A DNA stretch of 64,000 bases from an uncultured delta proteobacterium (GCA_963828255.1 CAWHDZ010000023.1:23090-87089), one strand, 5' to 3'. Shown: positions 19,698-30,273, counted from the first letter of the stretch. Made by a program: numbers and translations. The notes: generated by a model from the letters alone, not told the origin.

Positions 19698-21191
19698 TCA
19701 GTGGCTCGCGCCGCCGCCCGCTTCCTCCAGCTTGGCCATCAGCGAGTCCAGGTTGAACGACGCCGGCTTCTGGCGCGGCGGGAACTTCTTGAAGTTCTCC
19801 ACCTGCTGGGCCACGACCGCCTGCATCGCGTAGATCAGGTAGGCGTGGGAGATCATCCAGTCGTAGTAGGTGTTCGAGTTCTCGTCGGCCCTCTCGAACG
19901 GGTCGCGCCGGAGGTTGAACATCTTCGGGATCCGCAGCGGCACGAAGGGCTCCACCCAGCACTGCAGCTGCTTGGCCCGCTGCTCCAGGAACACTCCCTT
20001 CCAGTCGCCCCACCGGATCGCCATGATGTCCCCGTCGTCGCTGATGTAGAAGAACGACTGCCTGGGGCTCTCCTTCGCCTCTCCGGTCAGGTACGGCAGC
20101 ATGTTGAAGCCGTCGAGGTGGACCTTGTAGGTCCTGTCGCCGATCTTGTGCCCCTCGAGCAGCTTCTCCTTGATGTTCGGCTCTCCCGCGGCGGCCAGGA
20201 AGGTCGGCAGCCAGTCCTGGTGGCTGACGATGCCGTTCACCACCGAGCCCGCCTTGATCTTCCCCGGCCAGCGAAGGAAGCACGGGACCCGCCATCCACC
20301 TTCCCAGTTGGTGTTCTTCTCGGATCGGAAGGGCGTGATGCCGGCGTCCGGCCAGGTGTTGTAGTGGACGCCGTTGTCGGTCGAGTACATCACGATGGTG
20401 TTCTCGGCGATCCCGAGCTCATCGAGCTTGTTCAGCATCCGGCCGATGTTCTCGTCGTGCGCGACCATCACGTCGTTGTAGTCCCCCTGGCCGCTCTTGC
20501 CCTTGTGCTTCTCGGCGCAGTGGGTCCGGAAGTGCATCGCCGTGGTGTTGTACCAGAGGAAGAAGGGCTTCTCGGCCTTGTGCTGCTGGTCGATGAACCG
20601 CAGAGCGTGCTCGGTCACCTCCTCGTCGACCGTCTCCATCCGCTTCTTCGTCAGCGGTCCGGTGTCCTCGATCTTCTGGCCACCCTTGCCGTCCGCCCAG
20701 CAGTGGAGGACGCCCCGCGGTCCGAACTTCTTCTTGAACTCGGGATTCTTCGGGTAGTCCGGGTCCTCGGGCTCCTCCTCCGCGTTGAGGTGGTAGAGGT
20801 TGCCGAAGAACTCGTCGAATCCGTGCATCGTCGGCAGGAACTCGTCCTTGTCGCCGAGGTGGTTCTTGCCGAACTGGCCGGTCGCGTAGCCGAGCGGCTT
20901 CAGGAGTTCGGCGATGGTCGGGTCCTCCTTCTGGAGCCCCGAGTCGGCGCCGGGCATTCCCACCTTGGTCAGCCCGGTGCGGAGGGGGTTCTGGCCGGTG
21001 ATGAAGGCGGAGCGCCCCGCGGTGCAGCTCTGCTGGGCGTAGTAGTCGGTGAAGGCCACGCCCTCGTTGCCCACGCGATCGATGTTGGGCGTCCGGTAGC
21101 CCATCTGCCCCCGGTTGTTGTAGCTGATGTTCCACCAGCCCACGTCGTCGCCCCAGAGAACGAGGATGTTTGGCTTGCCTGTCTTGGCCAT
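19698..21191 (-). CDS. Arylsulfatase family protein (no signal peptide)
   Basis: KPNILVLWGDD; formylglycine motif SCTAGRSAFITG; GYATGQFGKNHLG; STDNG. Confidence 0.93.
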   Translation of the reverse strand: MAKTGKPNILVLWGDDVGWWNISYNNRGQMGYRTPNIDRVGNEGVAFTDYYAQQSCTAGRSAFITGQNPLRTGLTKVGMPGADSGLQKEDPTIAELLKPLGYATGQFGKNHLGDKDEFLPTMHGFDEFFGNLYHLNAEEEPEDPDYPKNPEFKKKFGPRGVLHCWADGKGGQKIEDTGPLTKKRMETVDEEVTEHALRFIDQQHKAEKPFFLWYNTTAMHFRTHCAEKHKGKSGQGDYNDVMVAHDENIGRMLNKLDELGIAENTIVMYSTDNGVHYNTWPDAGITPFRSEKNTNWEGGWRVPCFLRWPGKIKAGSVVNGIVSHQDWLPTFLAAAGEPNIKEKLLEGHKIGDRTYKVHLDGFNMLPYLTGEAKESPRQSFFYISDDGDIMAIRWGDWKGVFLEQRAKQLQCWVEPFVPLRIPKMFNLRRDPFERADENSNTYYDWMISHAYLIYAMQAVVAQQVENFKKFPPRQKPASFNLDSLMAKLEEAGGGASH

Positions 21192-21246
21192 CGATCGGTT
21201 CCTTTCCGTCTTCGTTGGTCACCGCGCTTCGTCGCTGCTTCCGCTG

Positions 21247-22071
21247 CTAGAAGAACATGCTCCTCGGGAGGAGGAGGGTGGCGGTCAGCCGGACCGACCA
21301 GCTCGGGCCCAGGTCGGGCCGGATCGCGTGGTAGTAGGCCTGGCCGGTGAGGTTGAAGGGAAGGGGGCCGATCCATACGATGCGCCCGCCGCCGGCGCCG
21401 AACGGGACGTCCCACCTCTGCGAGGAGGGCGCCTCCCAGTTCGCGGTGATGATCGGACCCGTCGTCAGGTACCAGCCGCTCTGGAAGTTGTAGTTCACGA
21501 AGTACTGGAGCAGGAAGGTGTTCGCCTTGGCCCCCGCGACCGACCAGATATTGTTCACGAGCGCGCCGACCACCCAGGGACCGGGCATGGCCACGACCAC
21601 GGCGGAGGGTCCGAGCCCCCACGTGGACTGGGACCCGAGCAGGGGCGAGGTCGCGGTCGGGAAGGTGGCCACTGGACCGGCGCCCCAGATCACCGCCCCG
21701 GGGCGGGCGGGAGACAGGAAGGCGGTGGCCGTCAGGTTTCCGAGCCCCGTCGTGCTCCCGTCGCCCGTGAAGTTGGGCATGGTCACGATGGGCAGGATCG
21801 TCCGGGAGATGAGGTTCAGGTCCGGGGTGAGGTGGAACGGGACGACCGGCTGGATGTTGAGGACGTTCGCGACCTCCTTCTGCGGGCCGACGCCGAAGAG
21901 GATGATGTTCTGGAAGGGGACGCTGATCAGATCGGAGACCGGGTTCTGGGCCGCGGTGGCCAGTTCCTCGTCGGTCGGGTTCGGCGGGAGGATCGGGTCG
22001 CCGGCGCGGGCGGTCGCGGTAGCGAGCACTGCGGCGAGCATGGCGCCTATCCGTCGTCCCTTTGCACGCAT
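21247..22071 (-). CDS. Putative outer-membrane beta-barrel/transporter of the type often found next to sulfatases
   Basis: Signal-like N-terminus; AQNPVSDLISVPFQ, NIQPVVPF, WGAGPVATFPTAT; ends in F. Start is 22071 or 22041. Confidence 0.7.
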   Translation of the reverse strand: MRAKGRRIGAMLAAVLATATARAGDPILPPNPTDEELATAAQNPVSDLISVPFQNIILFGVGPQKEVANVLNIQPVVPFHLTPDLNLISRTILPIVTMPNFTGDGSTTGLGNLTATAFLSPARPGAVIWGAGPVATFPTATSPLLGSQSTWGLGPSAVVVAMPGPWVVGALVNNIWSVAGAKANTFLLQYFVNYNFQSGWYLTTGPIITANWEAPSSQRWDVPFGAGGGRIVWIGPLPFNLTGQAYYHAIRPDLGPSWSVRLTATLLLPRSMFF

Positions 22072-22240
22072 CGATGCCCCCATCCCACGGGTCCCCGAAC
22101 GATTTCGAAGGAACACGGGAAGGCTAGTGCGGCACGTCCGGGGAGTCCAGGGATTATCAAGCCAACCGCGGCGCGGCGGGCGCGTCCCCACCCCGGTACT
22201 CGACCGCCGGACGGGCATCGCCTATGTAGGGAGGGTGTCC

Positions 22241-23014
22241 ATGATGCCGAAGCGAACCTGGATGATCGGTGGGCTGGCCGTCGTGGCGGTCGCAGCGGCG
22301 TTCCTGCTTCCGGCGATGCCCCAGCCGCCCGCCTACCACGACTTCGCCGACTCCCGGTCCATGCTCGGGGTGGCCAACTTCCTCGACGTGACCTCCAATG
22401 CAGCATTCCTGCTGGTGGGGGTGGCGGGCATGGTGGTTGCGTTCCTCCCGCGCACCCGGCTCGCCACGGGCTCGGAGCGGCTCCTTTACGCCGTCTTCTT
22501 CGCCGGGATGGTGCTGACCGCGGGAGGGTCGGCCTACTATCACCTGGCCCCGGACAACGAGACGCTGTTCTGGGATCGGCTGCCCATGACCATCTCGTTC
22601 ATGGCGCTGGTGGCCGCGCAGGTCGCCGAACGCATCAGCCTGAGGGCCGGGGTGATCCTGCTCGCTCCCATGCTGCTCGTTGGCGTGGGCTCGGTCGTCT
22701 ACTGGCGCGAGACGGAGAGGGCGGGCGCCGGAAACGTGACCCCCTACGGCATCCTCCAGGCCTTCTCCGTCCTGGTCATGCTGGTGATGGCGATGCTCCC
22801 GTCGCGATACACGCGCGGAAACGATGTCTACAAGATCTTCGCCGCCTACGTGGCGGCGAAGATCCTGGAAGCGCTCGACTGGCAGATCCTGGACGCGACC
22901 GGGGTCAGCGGCCACACCTTGAAACATTTCGCTGCGGCCCTGGCCGGGTACTTCGTCCTGAGGATGATCGCGCTGCGGAGCCCGGTGGAGCCCCCACTCA
23001 GAGCGCGGCGATGA
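22241..23014 (+). CDS. Alkaline ceramidase/CREST-superfamily membrane protein
   Basis: YHDFAD.R, SNAAFL, GSAYYHL.PDN..LFWDRLPM and SGHTLKH motifs; about 7 TM helices. Confidence 0.85.
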   Translation: MMPKRTWMIGGLAVVAVAAAFLLPAMPQPPAYHDFADSRSMLGVANFLDVTSNAAFLLVGVAGMVVAFLPRTRLATGSERLLYAVFFAGMVLTAGGSAYYHLAPDNETLFWDRLPMTISFMALVAAQVAERISLRAGVILLAPMLLVGVGSVVYWRETERAGAGNVTPYGILQAFSVLVMLVMAMLPSRYTRGNDVYKIFAAYVAAKILEALDWQILDATGVSGHTLKHFAAALAGYFVLRMIALRSPVEPPLRARR

Positions 23015-23579
23015 CGGCCAGCATCCACTGGGGCGACGGTGCGGCCAGCGGGTCGGCGGCCGAACCGGTGAACCGGAAGTTGGTGGCCCCGCCCGCCTGG
23101 TTGACCTGGCGCCAGTTGCCGTCCGCGTCACGGGTGGCGTTGAAGCTGCGCTGGCCGGCTTGCGCGTCGATGGACGTCCTGGTCGCGATGATCCGCACAC
23201 GGGCTCCGGCGGCCGTCCCCTGGACGGAGAGGCGTTCGGCCTCGCGGGCCACGGTCAGGGTCACTCCGGCGCCCGAGATTCGCGTGGGGGTGACCTGGAG
23301 CCGGACGGACTGGCCGGAGAGCCTCCCGGCCCAGCGGCCGTCGCTCGCGAGTGTCAGGTTGGTGTTGGGGCCGCGCACCCGCGTCGCATCGTAGGACGCG
23401 GAGAGGCGGATCCGGATCTCGCCTGCCGGCACGTATTCGGGCTCCGCGGCCTGCGGGGCCGGAGCGGCCTTCGGCGCCGCCACGGCGGCGGCGTCGGGCT
23501 TCGCCGCTGGGGTCTGTGCGGTCACGGGCAGCGCCGATATCGCAAGTGCGAGGGCGAGGAACGAACGGGTCGGATTCAT
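22998..23579 (-). CDS. Secreted beta-rich hypothetical protein (paralogue of 29421-29993)
   Basis: RBS AAGGAGA; signal peptide; Ala/Pro linker; visible similarity to 29421-29993. Confidence 0.75.
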   Translation of the reverse strand: MNPTRSFLALALAISALPVTAQTPAAKPDAAAVAAPKAAPAPQAAEPEYVPAGEIRIRLSASYDATRVRGPNTNLTLASDGRWAGRLSGQSVRLQVTPTRISGAGVTLTVAREAERLSVQGTAAGARVRIIATRTSIDAQAGQRSFNATRDADGNWRQVNQAGGATNFRFTGSAADPLAAPSPQWMLAVIAAL

Positions 23580-23697
23580 GGAGATCTCCTTGCTCGTCAG
23601 GTCGGGTGTCGTGATTCCCTTCGGCATTCCAGGTTGGTCAAGACACGTCTGGTTATATATTGTGCCCTCGGCAACACCACCCACGAAGGGAAGAAAA

Positions 23698-24331
23698 ATG
23701 AACCGCCTCGTCCGAATCGCCACTCTCGCCTGCGCGCTCGCCGTCGCCTCCCCCGCGAGCGCCCAGTTCACCTTCACGCAGCCGGGCCAGCAGCCCCAGC
23801 CGGTTCAGCAACTCCAGGTCTGGAACAACGTCGCCCGCGTGAACCTGGGCGTCAGCTTCTACAACTCGAGCTACTGGAACTGCTTCTACTGGGGCTGGAC
23901 GGTCAGTCTGCAGCGGGGGCTCCTGGGCGAGCTACATCCCCTTCACGGTCGGTCCGCAGATCGACCTCAACCTGCAGGGGATGAACAACATCAGCGTCGG
24001 GTTCAACGTGCTGATGGGAACCGTCTCGGGCCAGCTCCCCACCGGGCAGAACGCCTCGGCGAACGCGACCGTCTGGCAGCCGACCCTCGACTACGTCGCC
24101 AAGTTCGGGCCGTCCACGCAGGACACGGTGGGCCGGTTCCGCATCGGCGGCGGCATGTACTTCGGCCCCAACGGCACGTACGGCGGGGCCTTCCGCATCG
24201 GCGGCGGCGCCTCCTTCCTGAACGCGAACCGGCTCGGCATCGGCCTGGACCTCGTGCTGGAGGCTGGCAGCTACGAGGGCTACTGGATCGGCGGCCTCCA
24301 GCTGCTGGCCTCACCCGAGTTCCATTTCTGA
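23698..24331 (+). CDS. Small outer-membrane beta-barrel protein, frameshifted near 23900
   Basis: Signal peptide MNRLVRIATLACALAVASPASAQ; continues in another frame (SVCSGGSWASYIPFTVGPQIDLNL...) to a C-terminal PEFHF. Confidence 0.7.
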
Positions 24332-24347
24332 TCTGGCTCGAGCCGTG

Positions 24348-24388
24348 AAGCACGGAGCCGGTCCTGACGGGGCCGGCTCCTTGCTTTT
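24348..24388. terminator. Probable bidirectional intrinsic terminator
   Basis: AAGCAcGGAGCCGGTCC / GGGCCGGCTCCtTGCTTTT hairpin between convergent genes. Confidence 0.7.
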
Positions 24389-24414
24389 CCGGGCTCGCCA
24401 ACCGCGGGATGGCT

Positions 24415-26837
24415 TCAGCGTCGGCCGCCCGCTCCACCGCCTGCCGGAGCGGCTCGCGCCGGCTGGGGTGCGGCTCGCTGGGCTGGGGTGCGGGTCTCGC
24501 TGGCTGGGGGGCTGCGCGCTGGGGTGCGCTTCGCTGGCGGGCCGCCGCATCCTGGCCAAGGCCGGCCGGTGCCGACCCGCCCCGGTTCTGCCCCGGGGGT
24601 GGCGCCTGGCGGGTCGGCTGACCGGTCGGCTGCCGGTTCGGCTGGCCGGTCGGCTGGCCGGGGGCCGGTCGGGGCGTCTGCCCCTGGTTCTGCCCCGGGC
24701 TCTGCGGCTGTGGCCGCCCACCCGTCCCTGGCGCGGGAGTGGGCGTGGGACGCTGCGGCTCCCATCCCTGCCGGGTGTTCCGGTCCCAGTTGCCCCGGTC
24801 GTTCTGGCGGTAGACGTTGCCGGACCGGTCGGCGAACACGTTGTTGGGCCGGTCCACCGGCTGCGGCGTCGGCCGTGGGGCCTGCGCCACCGGGCGCTCG
24901 GCGTTGCGCGGGCGATTCTGGGCCTGGTTGTAGATGTTGCTCCCGGGGCGCTGGCCCTGCGGGACGCCGGGGCGGGCTCCGGCGGCAGGCGGCCGGGCCA
25001 CCGGGGCCTGGGGCCTCGGGGGCGGCGGGCGGGAGACGGGCGGGGGCCGGGCGCCGGGCGGCGGACGACGAACCGGAGGGGGGGGAGGGCGGAAGCCCGG
25101 AGGCGGCCGGTGCCAGCCGTGCCGCGACGGCGGGACGATGAACACCGGACGGTACACGACCGGCCCCCACCATCCCGGCGGTCGCGGGCGGGGGCCCCAC
25201 GCGGGGTGGAAGTGGATCCCGACCGTGAAGAACGGCGTCGCCGGGCTGACCACGAACCCGAATCCCGTCCAGGGGTTGTAGACCACGCGGACGCCGAAGG
25301 TGGTGGGGCGCGCGAAGAAGACGGTGGGGCCGATCCAGGGGCGGTAGACGAATCCGGTGCCGAAGACGACCACGCCGCGGTGGCGGTACACGCCCACGAA
25401 ACCGGGAGTGTGCCCCACGAACACGACCTGGGGCGTCGACCGGTACACGTATACGTAACGCGTGTGGTAGATGTGGACCGTCGGCGGGACCTGGTCGATG
25501 TGTGGGGGGCGCTGGTCGGCCACCACGAACGGCCCTTCCGCGGCGGGCGCCGTGTACCAGACCCCCTGATCGCACGCCCAGTAACGGCCCGCGTCGAGGA
25601 CCACCGCGTCGGGCGTGTTGATGGCGTACGACAGTTCGGTTCCCTCGATCTTCTGGAACTGGGGCGGTCCGTCGTACGCGGCCTGGAACTGCTGGTCCCT
25701 GCGAACCTCGGCGGTCTGCGGGATGAGCGAGTTGGCGACCGCCTCCGCGGCCTCCTCCGTGCCGGCCACGAAGGTGCGCACGTCGCCGATGTCCGACTCG
25801 GGCGGGATGTCGCCGAAGGGGCCGGGGAGCTCATCGGGGGGCACGTTCACCCAGGGTCCGTCGAGGGACGGGGCCCTGAACCACCGCCCGGAGGCCAGCA
25901 CGTAGGTCTCGCCCGACTGCACGTCGACGAGCACGTGACTCTCGGTGTTGGCCACGTAGAGGAGGTAGGCTTCCTCCCCCACCGGCCGGTACTGCGGAGC
26001 GCCCTCGAACACGAAGAGCTCGGTGGGCTCGGTGGCCACCACGATCCGGGGAGGCGAGGACGGCTCGAGCACGGCCTTCTCGGCCGCCTGCTCCTCCGGA
26101 TTCCCCTCCAGCTCGATGGGCGGCGGGGGATTCCGGGCGAAGAAGGCGCTCACCGCCGGTGACGGCGCGGCCACCGGGGCGTACGGACCCGTGGCGGCGG
26201 GGGCCGCGTACCAGAACTTCCCGCCCGACAGGTAGTAGGTCCGGGTGGCCGGATCGAACAGCACCAGCATGGGCGTGTTGACCACGCGCCGCAGGTCGGT
26301 CGAGTCGACCGGTCGCTCGATCGGGGCGCCGTCGATGACGAGCAGGACCGCCGGCTCCTGGGAGAAGACCATCCGCGGCGGCGTGAAGTCGAGCGCCTCC
26401 GACGTCTGGATCTCCTGCTCGTTGACGGCGATGCTCGCCTCCAGCTCGAGGACCGAGAGGTGCAGGTCCCAGGTGGGGATCTCCCTCTCGAGGAGGGCCC
26501 GGCCCTGCTGTTCCTGCTCCTTGCTCATGTTGGCGAAGCGGACCCGCTGGACCTTCACATCCTGGAGGCCGACGTCCCCGGCGACCTTGTCGATGGAGAC
26601 CCGGGCCTCCACCCAGACGACGCCGAAGGCAGGAGGCCGGCCGTTCGGCGTCCAGGCGACGGCCGCCCGCGCGGCCAGCTGGTCACCCTTGAAGCTCTCG
26701 ATCTGGGGCTGGAAGATCTCGACGGAGCCGTTCGCCACCCCGATGACGCGCGGCCAGGCGGTGGACGGAGCCGCCGGGGACTGGGCGAAGGCTGCTCCGG
26801 CGGCGAGGACGGCCAGGGCGATGGACAGGCGTTTCAT
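24415..26837 (-). CDS. Large secreted protein with beta-repeat core and Pro/Arg/Gln low-complexity tail; probable frameshift near 24480
   Basis: Signal peptide MKRLSIALAVLAAGAAFAQ; repeated Y.L.SGRWF.APS..GPW modules. The tail continues naturally in a shifted frame (AAPQPARAAPAGGGAGGRR*) and stops just before the terminator. Confidence 0.75.
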
Positions 26838-26970
26838 GGGGCACCCGGAGGCTGGCGAGGACGGGGGGTGAGCTGGATCGGGCCACAATCTAACGTGGGC
26901 ATCCGCTGGAGGGCACCAGGAATCGTCCCGAGGTGTGCGACGACGCCCGAGATGGTTAGAATCAGCCCCG

Positions 26971-27960
26971 ATGGGACAGTGCTCCGGGACGCTCCTCGCC
27001 ATCCTCCTCGTGCTCGCCTCACCGGCTCCGGTCCGGGCGCAGGCGGAACCGGCCCACGTCCCGTCGGCGGCGGACGGACCGGTGAGCCATCGAGCCCTCG
27101 CCGGGCACCTGTTCGTTCCCTCCCACCTCGTGCAGGACCCCTTCTCGTACACCGCCGTGGGGCTGTTCTGGGGCGTGGGAGGCGGCGAGGCCATCGGGCC
27201 CACCCTGGACCTCGGGCCCCCGCCGCGTATCGATTTCGAGAACACCCGGTCCTACGGCGTCAACGGGCTCGGGATCGGCATGAACCTCGAGGCGAGGATC
27301 CTGGAGTGGATCTCGGTCCACGCCTCGGCCGATGCCCAGGCCTACCTGGGGACCGGCAACCGCTCCCTCCTCGTCGTCGGCACGAGCGCCCAGCTCACCG
27401 GGCTGCTCGGCCTGAAGGGAAGCCTGCGGATCGGGGAACACGTGCGCCTGGCGGCGATCCTCGACGCGCAGTACGGTCCCGTGTTCACCGCGCTCGTCGT
27501 GCAGGGGCTCATCGACGCCGTGAACAGCGGCCAGATCTCGCTCGACCAGTTCTACCAGGAGAGGAGGGCGCTCACGTGGATTCCCGCCCTCGCCGGCGCG
27601 TTCGCCCCGTTCCCGTTCGTCGGCGTCACCATGAACGTCCGGCTCCTCTTCCCCGACGGGTCCGGAAACGCCCAGTTCGCCTCGAGCGGGATCGCCTTCG
27701 CCGGCATGGTCGACCTGGACCTCCGGCCCCTCACGCCGTTCCTGCCCCTCGGGCTGAGCGGCGTCTATTCCGTCCTCTCGCCCCTCGGCGGAGCGCTGGC
27801 CACGACGCAGAACTTCGGTCTCGGCGTCTACTACACGGGCGTCCCCGAGCTCGCGGCCGGGATCGAGATCGACTGGTGGCTGGGGCGGCTCGCCAGCCAG
27901 CAGGTGGCCAGTTTCACGTCGGCGTGGGTCAACCTCCGCTACTATTGGAACGGAAAATGA
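26971..27960 (+). CDS. Exported hypothetical protein, probable outer-membrane beta-barrel
   Basis: Signal peptide; amphipathic strands; ends AWVNLRYYWNGK. Confidence 0.7.
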   Translation: MGQCSGTLLAILLVLASPAPVRAQAEPAHVPSAADGPVSHRALAGHLFVPSHLVQDPFSYTAVGLFWGVGGGEAIGPTLDLGPPPRIDFENTRSYGVNGLGIGMNLEARILEWISVHASADAQAYLGTGNRSLLVVGTSAQLTGLLGLKGSLRIGEHVRLAAILDAQYGPVFTALVVQGLIDAVNSGQISLDQFYQERRALTWIPALAGAFAPFPFVGVTMNVRLLFPDGSGNAQFASSGIAFAGMVDLDLRPLTPFLPLGLSGVYSVLSPLGGALATTQNFGLGVYYTGVPELAAGIEIDWWLGRLASQQVASFTSAWVNLRYYWNGK

Positions 27961-28412
27961 AATACGACGACCTAGGCGCCAGCGAGAAGATGGCCTCGCT
28001 GCGGACGAGCCTCTCCGTTCAGCGCACCCGCATGGCGGCCGAGCGCACCCTCATGGCCACCCTGCGCACGTCCCTCTCGCTCATCGGCTTCGGGTTCACG
28101 ATCTTCTCCTTCTTCCAGGGGATCGCGAGCAGCAGCCAGGTCGTGAGTGGCGTCTTCCCGCCCCGGGCTCCGGCGCGATTCGGGCTGGCCCTCGTCTTCA
28201 TCGGCGTCCTCGTCCTCCTCCTCGGCACCCTCTATCACTACCGGTACATGGTGCAGCTGCGCCGCCAGCGGGCCGAGTTCATCGAGTGCGGATACCTGCC
28301 GGGCACGAGTGCCTTCCCCTTTTCCATGTCGCTCCTCACCTCCTTCCTGCTCCTGCTGGTGGGGCTGGCGGCAATCCTGAGCATCATGCTCCGGGTGGGC
28401 CCGTTCAGCTGA
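27957..28412 (+). CDS. DUF202/YidH family membrane protein
   Basis: RTRMAAERTLMATLRTSLSLIGFGFTI motif; 3 TM helices; ATGA coupling with the upstream gene. Confidence 0.88.
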   Translation: MKYDDLGASEKMASLRTSLSVQRTRMAAERTLMATLRTSLSLIGFGFTIFSFFQGIASSSQVVSGVFPPRAPARFGLALVFIGVLVLLLGTLYHYRYMVQLRRQRAEFIECGYLPGTSAFPFSMSLLTSFLLLLVGLAAILSIMLRVGPFS

Positions 28413-28467
28413 CGGCGCCGAAGCCCCGAGCACCAACGGAACCCGGATCACCCCCCGGAGATCGATC

Positions 28468-29344
28468 GTGGATCCTGCCACCATCCTGAAGCTCGTCCTG
28501 GTCCTCGGCGTCGTGCTGCTCGTGCTGGCGATCGGCCTCCGGGCCCGGCCGGACGATTCGCTGCTGCTCCTTCGCCGCCCGGACCTCGGCGTCCCGGCCC
28601 TGGCCACGATGTTCGTCCTGCAGCCGGCCTTCGTGCTCCTCGTCGTCTGGCTGCTCGATCTCCGGCAGGGGGTGGGCGCCGCGTTGCTGGGATTCGCGGT
28701 CGCGCCGGTGCTGCCTCCCTGGGCCAAGAAGGGGTACGCGCTGGGCGCCGCCTCCGGCTACGTCATCGGCCTCGAGGTCATGGCGACGGCCGCCTCGATC
28801 GTCGTCATTCCCGTCATGATCTGGATCGTGAACGGCGTGTTCGGAGTGCAGACCGCCGTGGACCCCTGGTCGGTCGAGCTGATGCTGCTCGTCACCATCG
28901 GCCTTCCGCTGGCGGTCGGGATGGGCCTCGGGAGGCTCCGGCCGGCGTCCGCCCCGCGCCTCGCCTTCCTCGCCGACCGGGTCGGCAGCGTGGTCCTCCT
29001 CCTCGGCGGGGTCGTCCTGCTCGTGGCCAGGTGGAGGGACATCTTCGCCGTCACCGGCCGGGGAACGATCGTCGTCAGCCTGGTGATCATCGGGTTCGGC
29101 TTGCTGGCGGGGCACCTCCTCGGAGGGCCCGACCGCGGCAAGCGCGGTGCGCTCGCGTCGGCGAACGTGTCGCGCCATCCTGGGGTGGCGCTCCTCCTCG
29201 GCTCGAGCCGCCTTTCCGGAGCACGTTCCGGCGGTGACCGGCGCCGTGCTGATCTACCTCATCGCCAGCATGGTCGCGCCCATTCCCTACGAGCGCTGGC
29301 TCAAGCGGACGGCGGCCGTTGGCGACCCGAAGGCCGCCGCGTAG
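28468..29344 (+). CDS. Bile acid:sodium symporter (BASS)-like transporter, frameshifted near 29205
   Basis: Multiple TMs; LLGGPD...ALA.A..SRHPGVAL motif; final helix (AAFPEHVPAVTGAVLIYL) lies in another frame. Confidence 0.75.
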
Positions 29345-29420
29345 CGCTCCGGCCGGTTCCTCCGGGGGGCGGCCGTTTTCGTCCGTGCTACCATCGCGAT
29401 CCAACGATCGGAGGCATTCC

Positions 29421-29993
29421 GTGGCCCGTTTCCTCGCTCTCCTCGCCGCCCTCGCTCTCGCCGCGCCCGAGTCCGGGCTCGCCGAGGATGCCCCTTCGGC
29501 GCCCCCCGCCGCTCCGGCCGCCGCGGAGAAGGCGGCCGCCGCCCCCACCCAGACCGTCGAGATCATGGTGGGAGAGGTGGGGACCCTCCCGTACAACCGG
29601 ACTGCCTCCTACGGCCCGGGGCGGGTCCGCGGTCCCAAGGTGAACCTCACGGACAATGGAAACGGGGAGTGGAAGGGCAACATCAAGGACCTGGACGGCG
29701 TCTTCAAGGTCACCGAGAACCGCATCTCCGGCGGCAACCTGAACATGGTGATGGATCGGGACGGCGAGGAGTGGACATGCCAGGGAACGGTGGAGGGCAA
29801 GCGGGTTCGCATCGTGCTCTCGCCCGACGGGCTCGTGGCTCGCTACGACAACCGGTTCTACGACCTGAAGCGCGTGGCCCCCGACCTCTGGGCCACCCCC
29901 TCCGGCGGACCGGCCATCCGCGTGAAGGGAGACGCGGCGGGGAAGAGCCCGTACTACCCTCAGTTCATCTTCGCCCTGCTCGCCGTGCTCTGA
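29421..29993 (+). CDS. Secreted beta-rich hypothetical protein (paralogue of 22998-23579)
   Basis: RBS GGAGG, GTG start, signal peptide, Ala/Pro linker. Confidence 0.75.
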   Translation: MARFLALLAALALAAPESGLAEDAPSAPPAAPAAAEKAAAAPTQTVEIMVGEVGTLPYNRTASYGPGRVRGPKVNLTDNGNGEWKGNIKDLDGVFKVTENRISGGNLNMVMDRDGEEWTCQGTVEGKRVRIVLSPDGLVARYDNRFYDLKRVAPDLWATPSGGPAIRVKGDAAGKSPYYPQFIFALLAVL

Positions 29994-30170
29994 CGCCGTT
30001 CATCGGTCCTTCTCGATGAGGTCCAGCATCGCTCCCTCGGACGCGTGCATGACCCTGCCGACGTCCTCGAACACCCGGTACGCCCCCGACCTCCATGGCC
30101 AGCTCGAGCCGGGCGATGTCGGCGCCATGGGGGAGAATTCGCACTCACCGGCGACGAGCGCGTCAAGGGA

Positions 30171-30266
30171 CGGCGGGACAGGGGAATCGGACCCCCCAGG
30201 AGCGCCTCTCGGCACCCCTCACCGGTTTTGAAGACCGGGCCCGGCACCAGCCTGGGACGTCCCGCC
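30171..30266 (-). tRNA. selC: tRNA-Sec (anticodon UCA)
   Basis: 8-bp acceptor stem GGCGGGAC/GTCCCGCC with G discriminator; anticodon arm CCGGT-CTTCAAA-ACCGG; 9-bp variable arm with GAGA loop; 5-bp T-stem. CCA is not encoded. Confidence 0.93.
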
Positions 30267-30273
30267 GCCGACC

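Noticed and set aside
30000..30128. 42-codon minus-strand ORF downstream of selC with a TTGACG upstream
   Set aside because: No RBS, no convincing -10 and no recognisable motif; not enough to call.
12214..30170. Genomic island integrated at selC
   Set aside because: I found no integrase and no duplication of the selC 3' end; only the accessory-looking gene content is suggestive.
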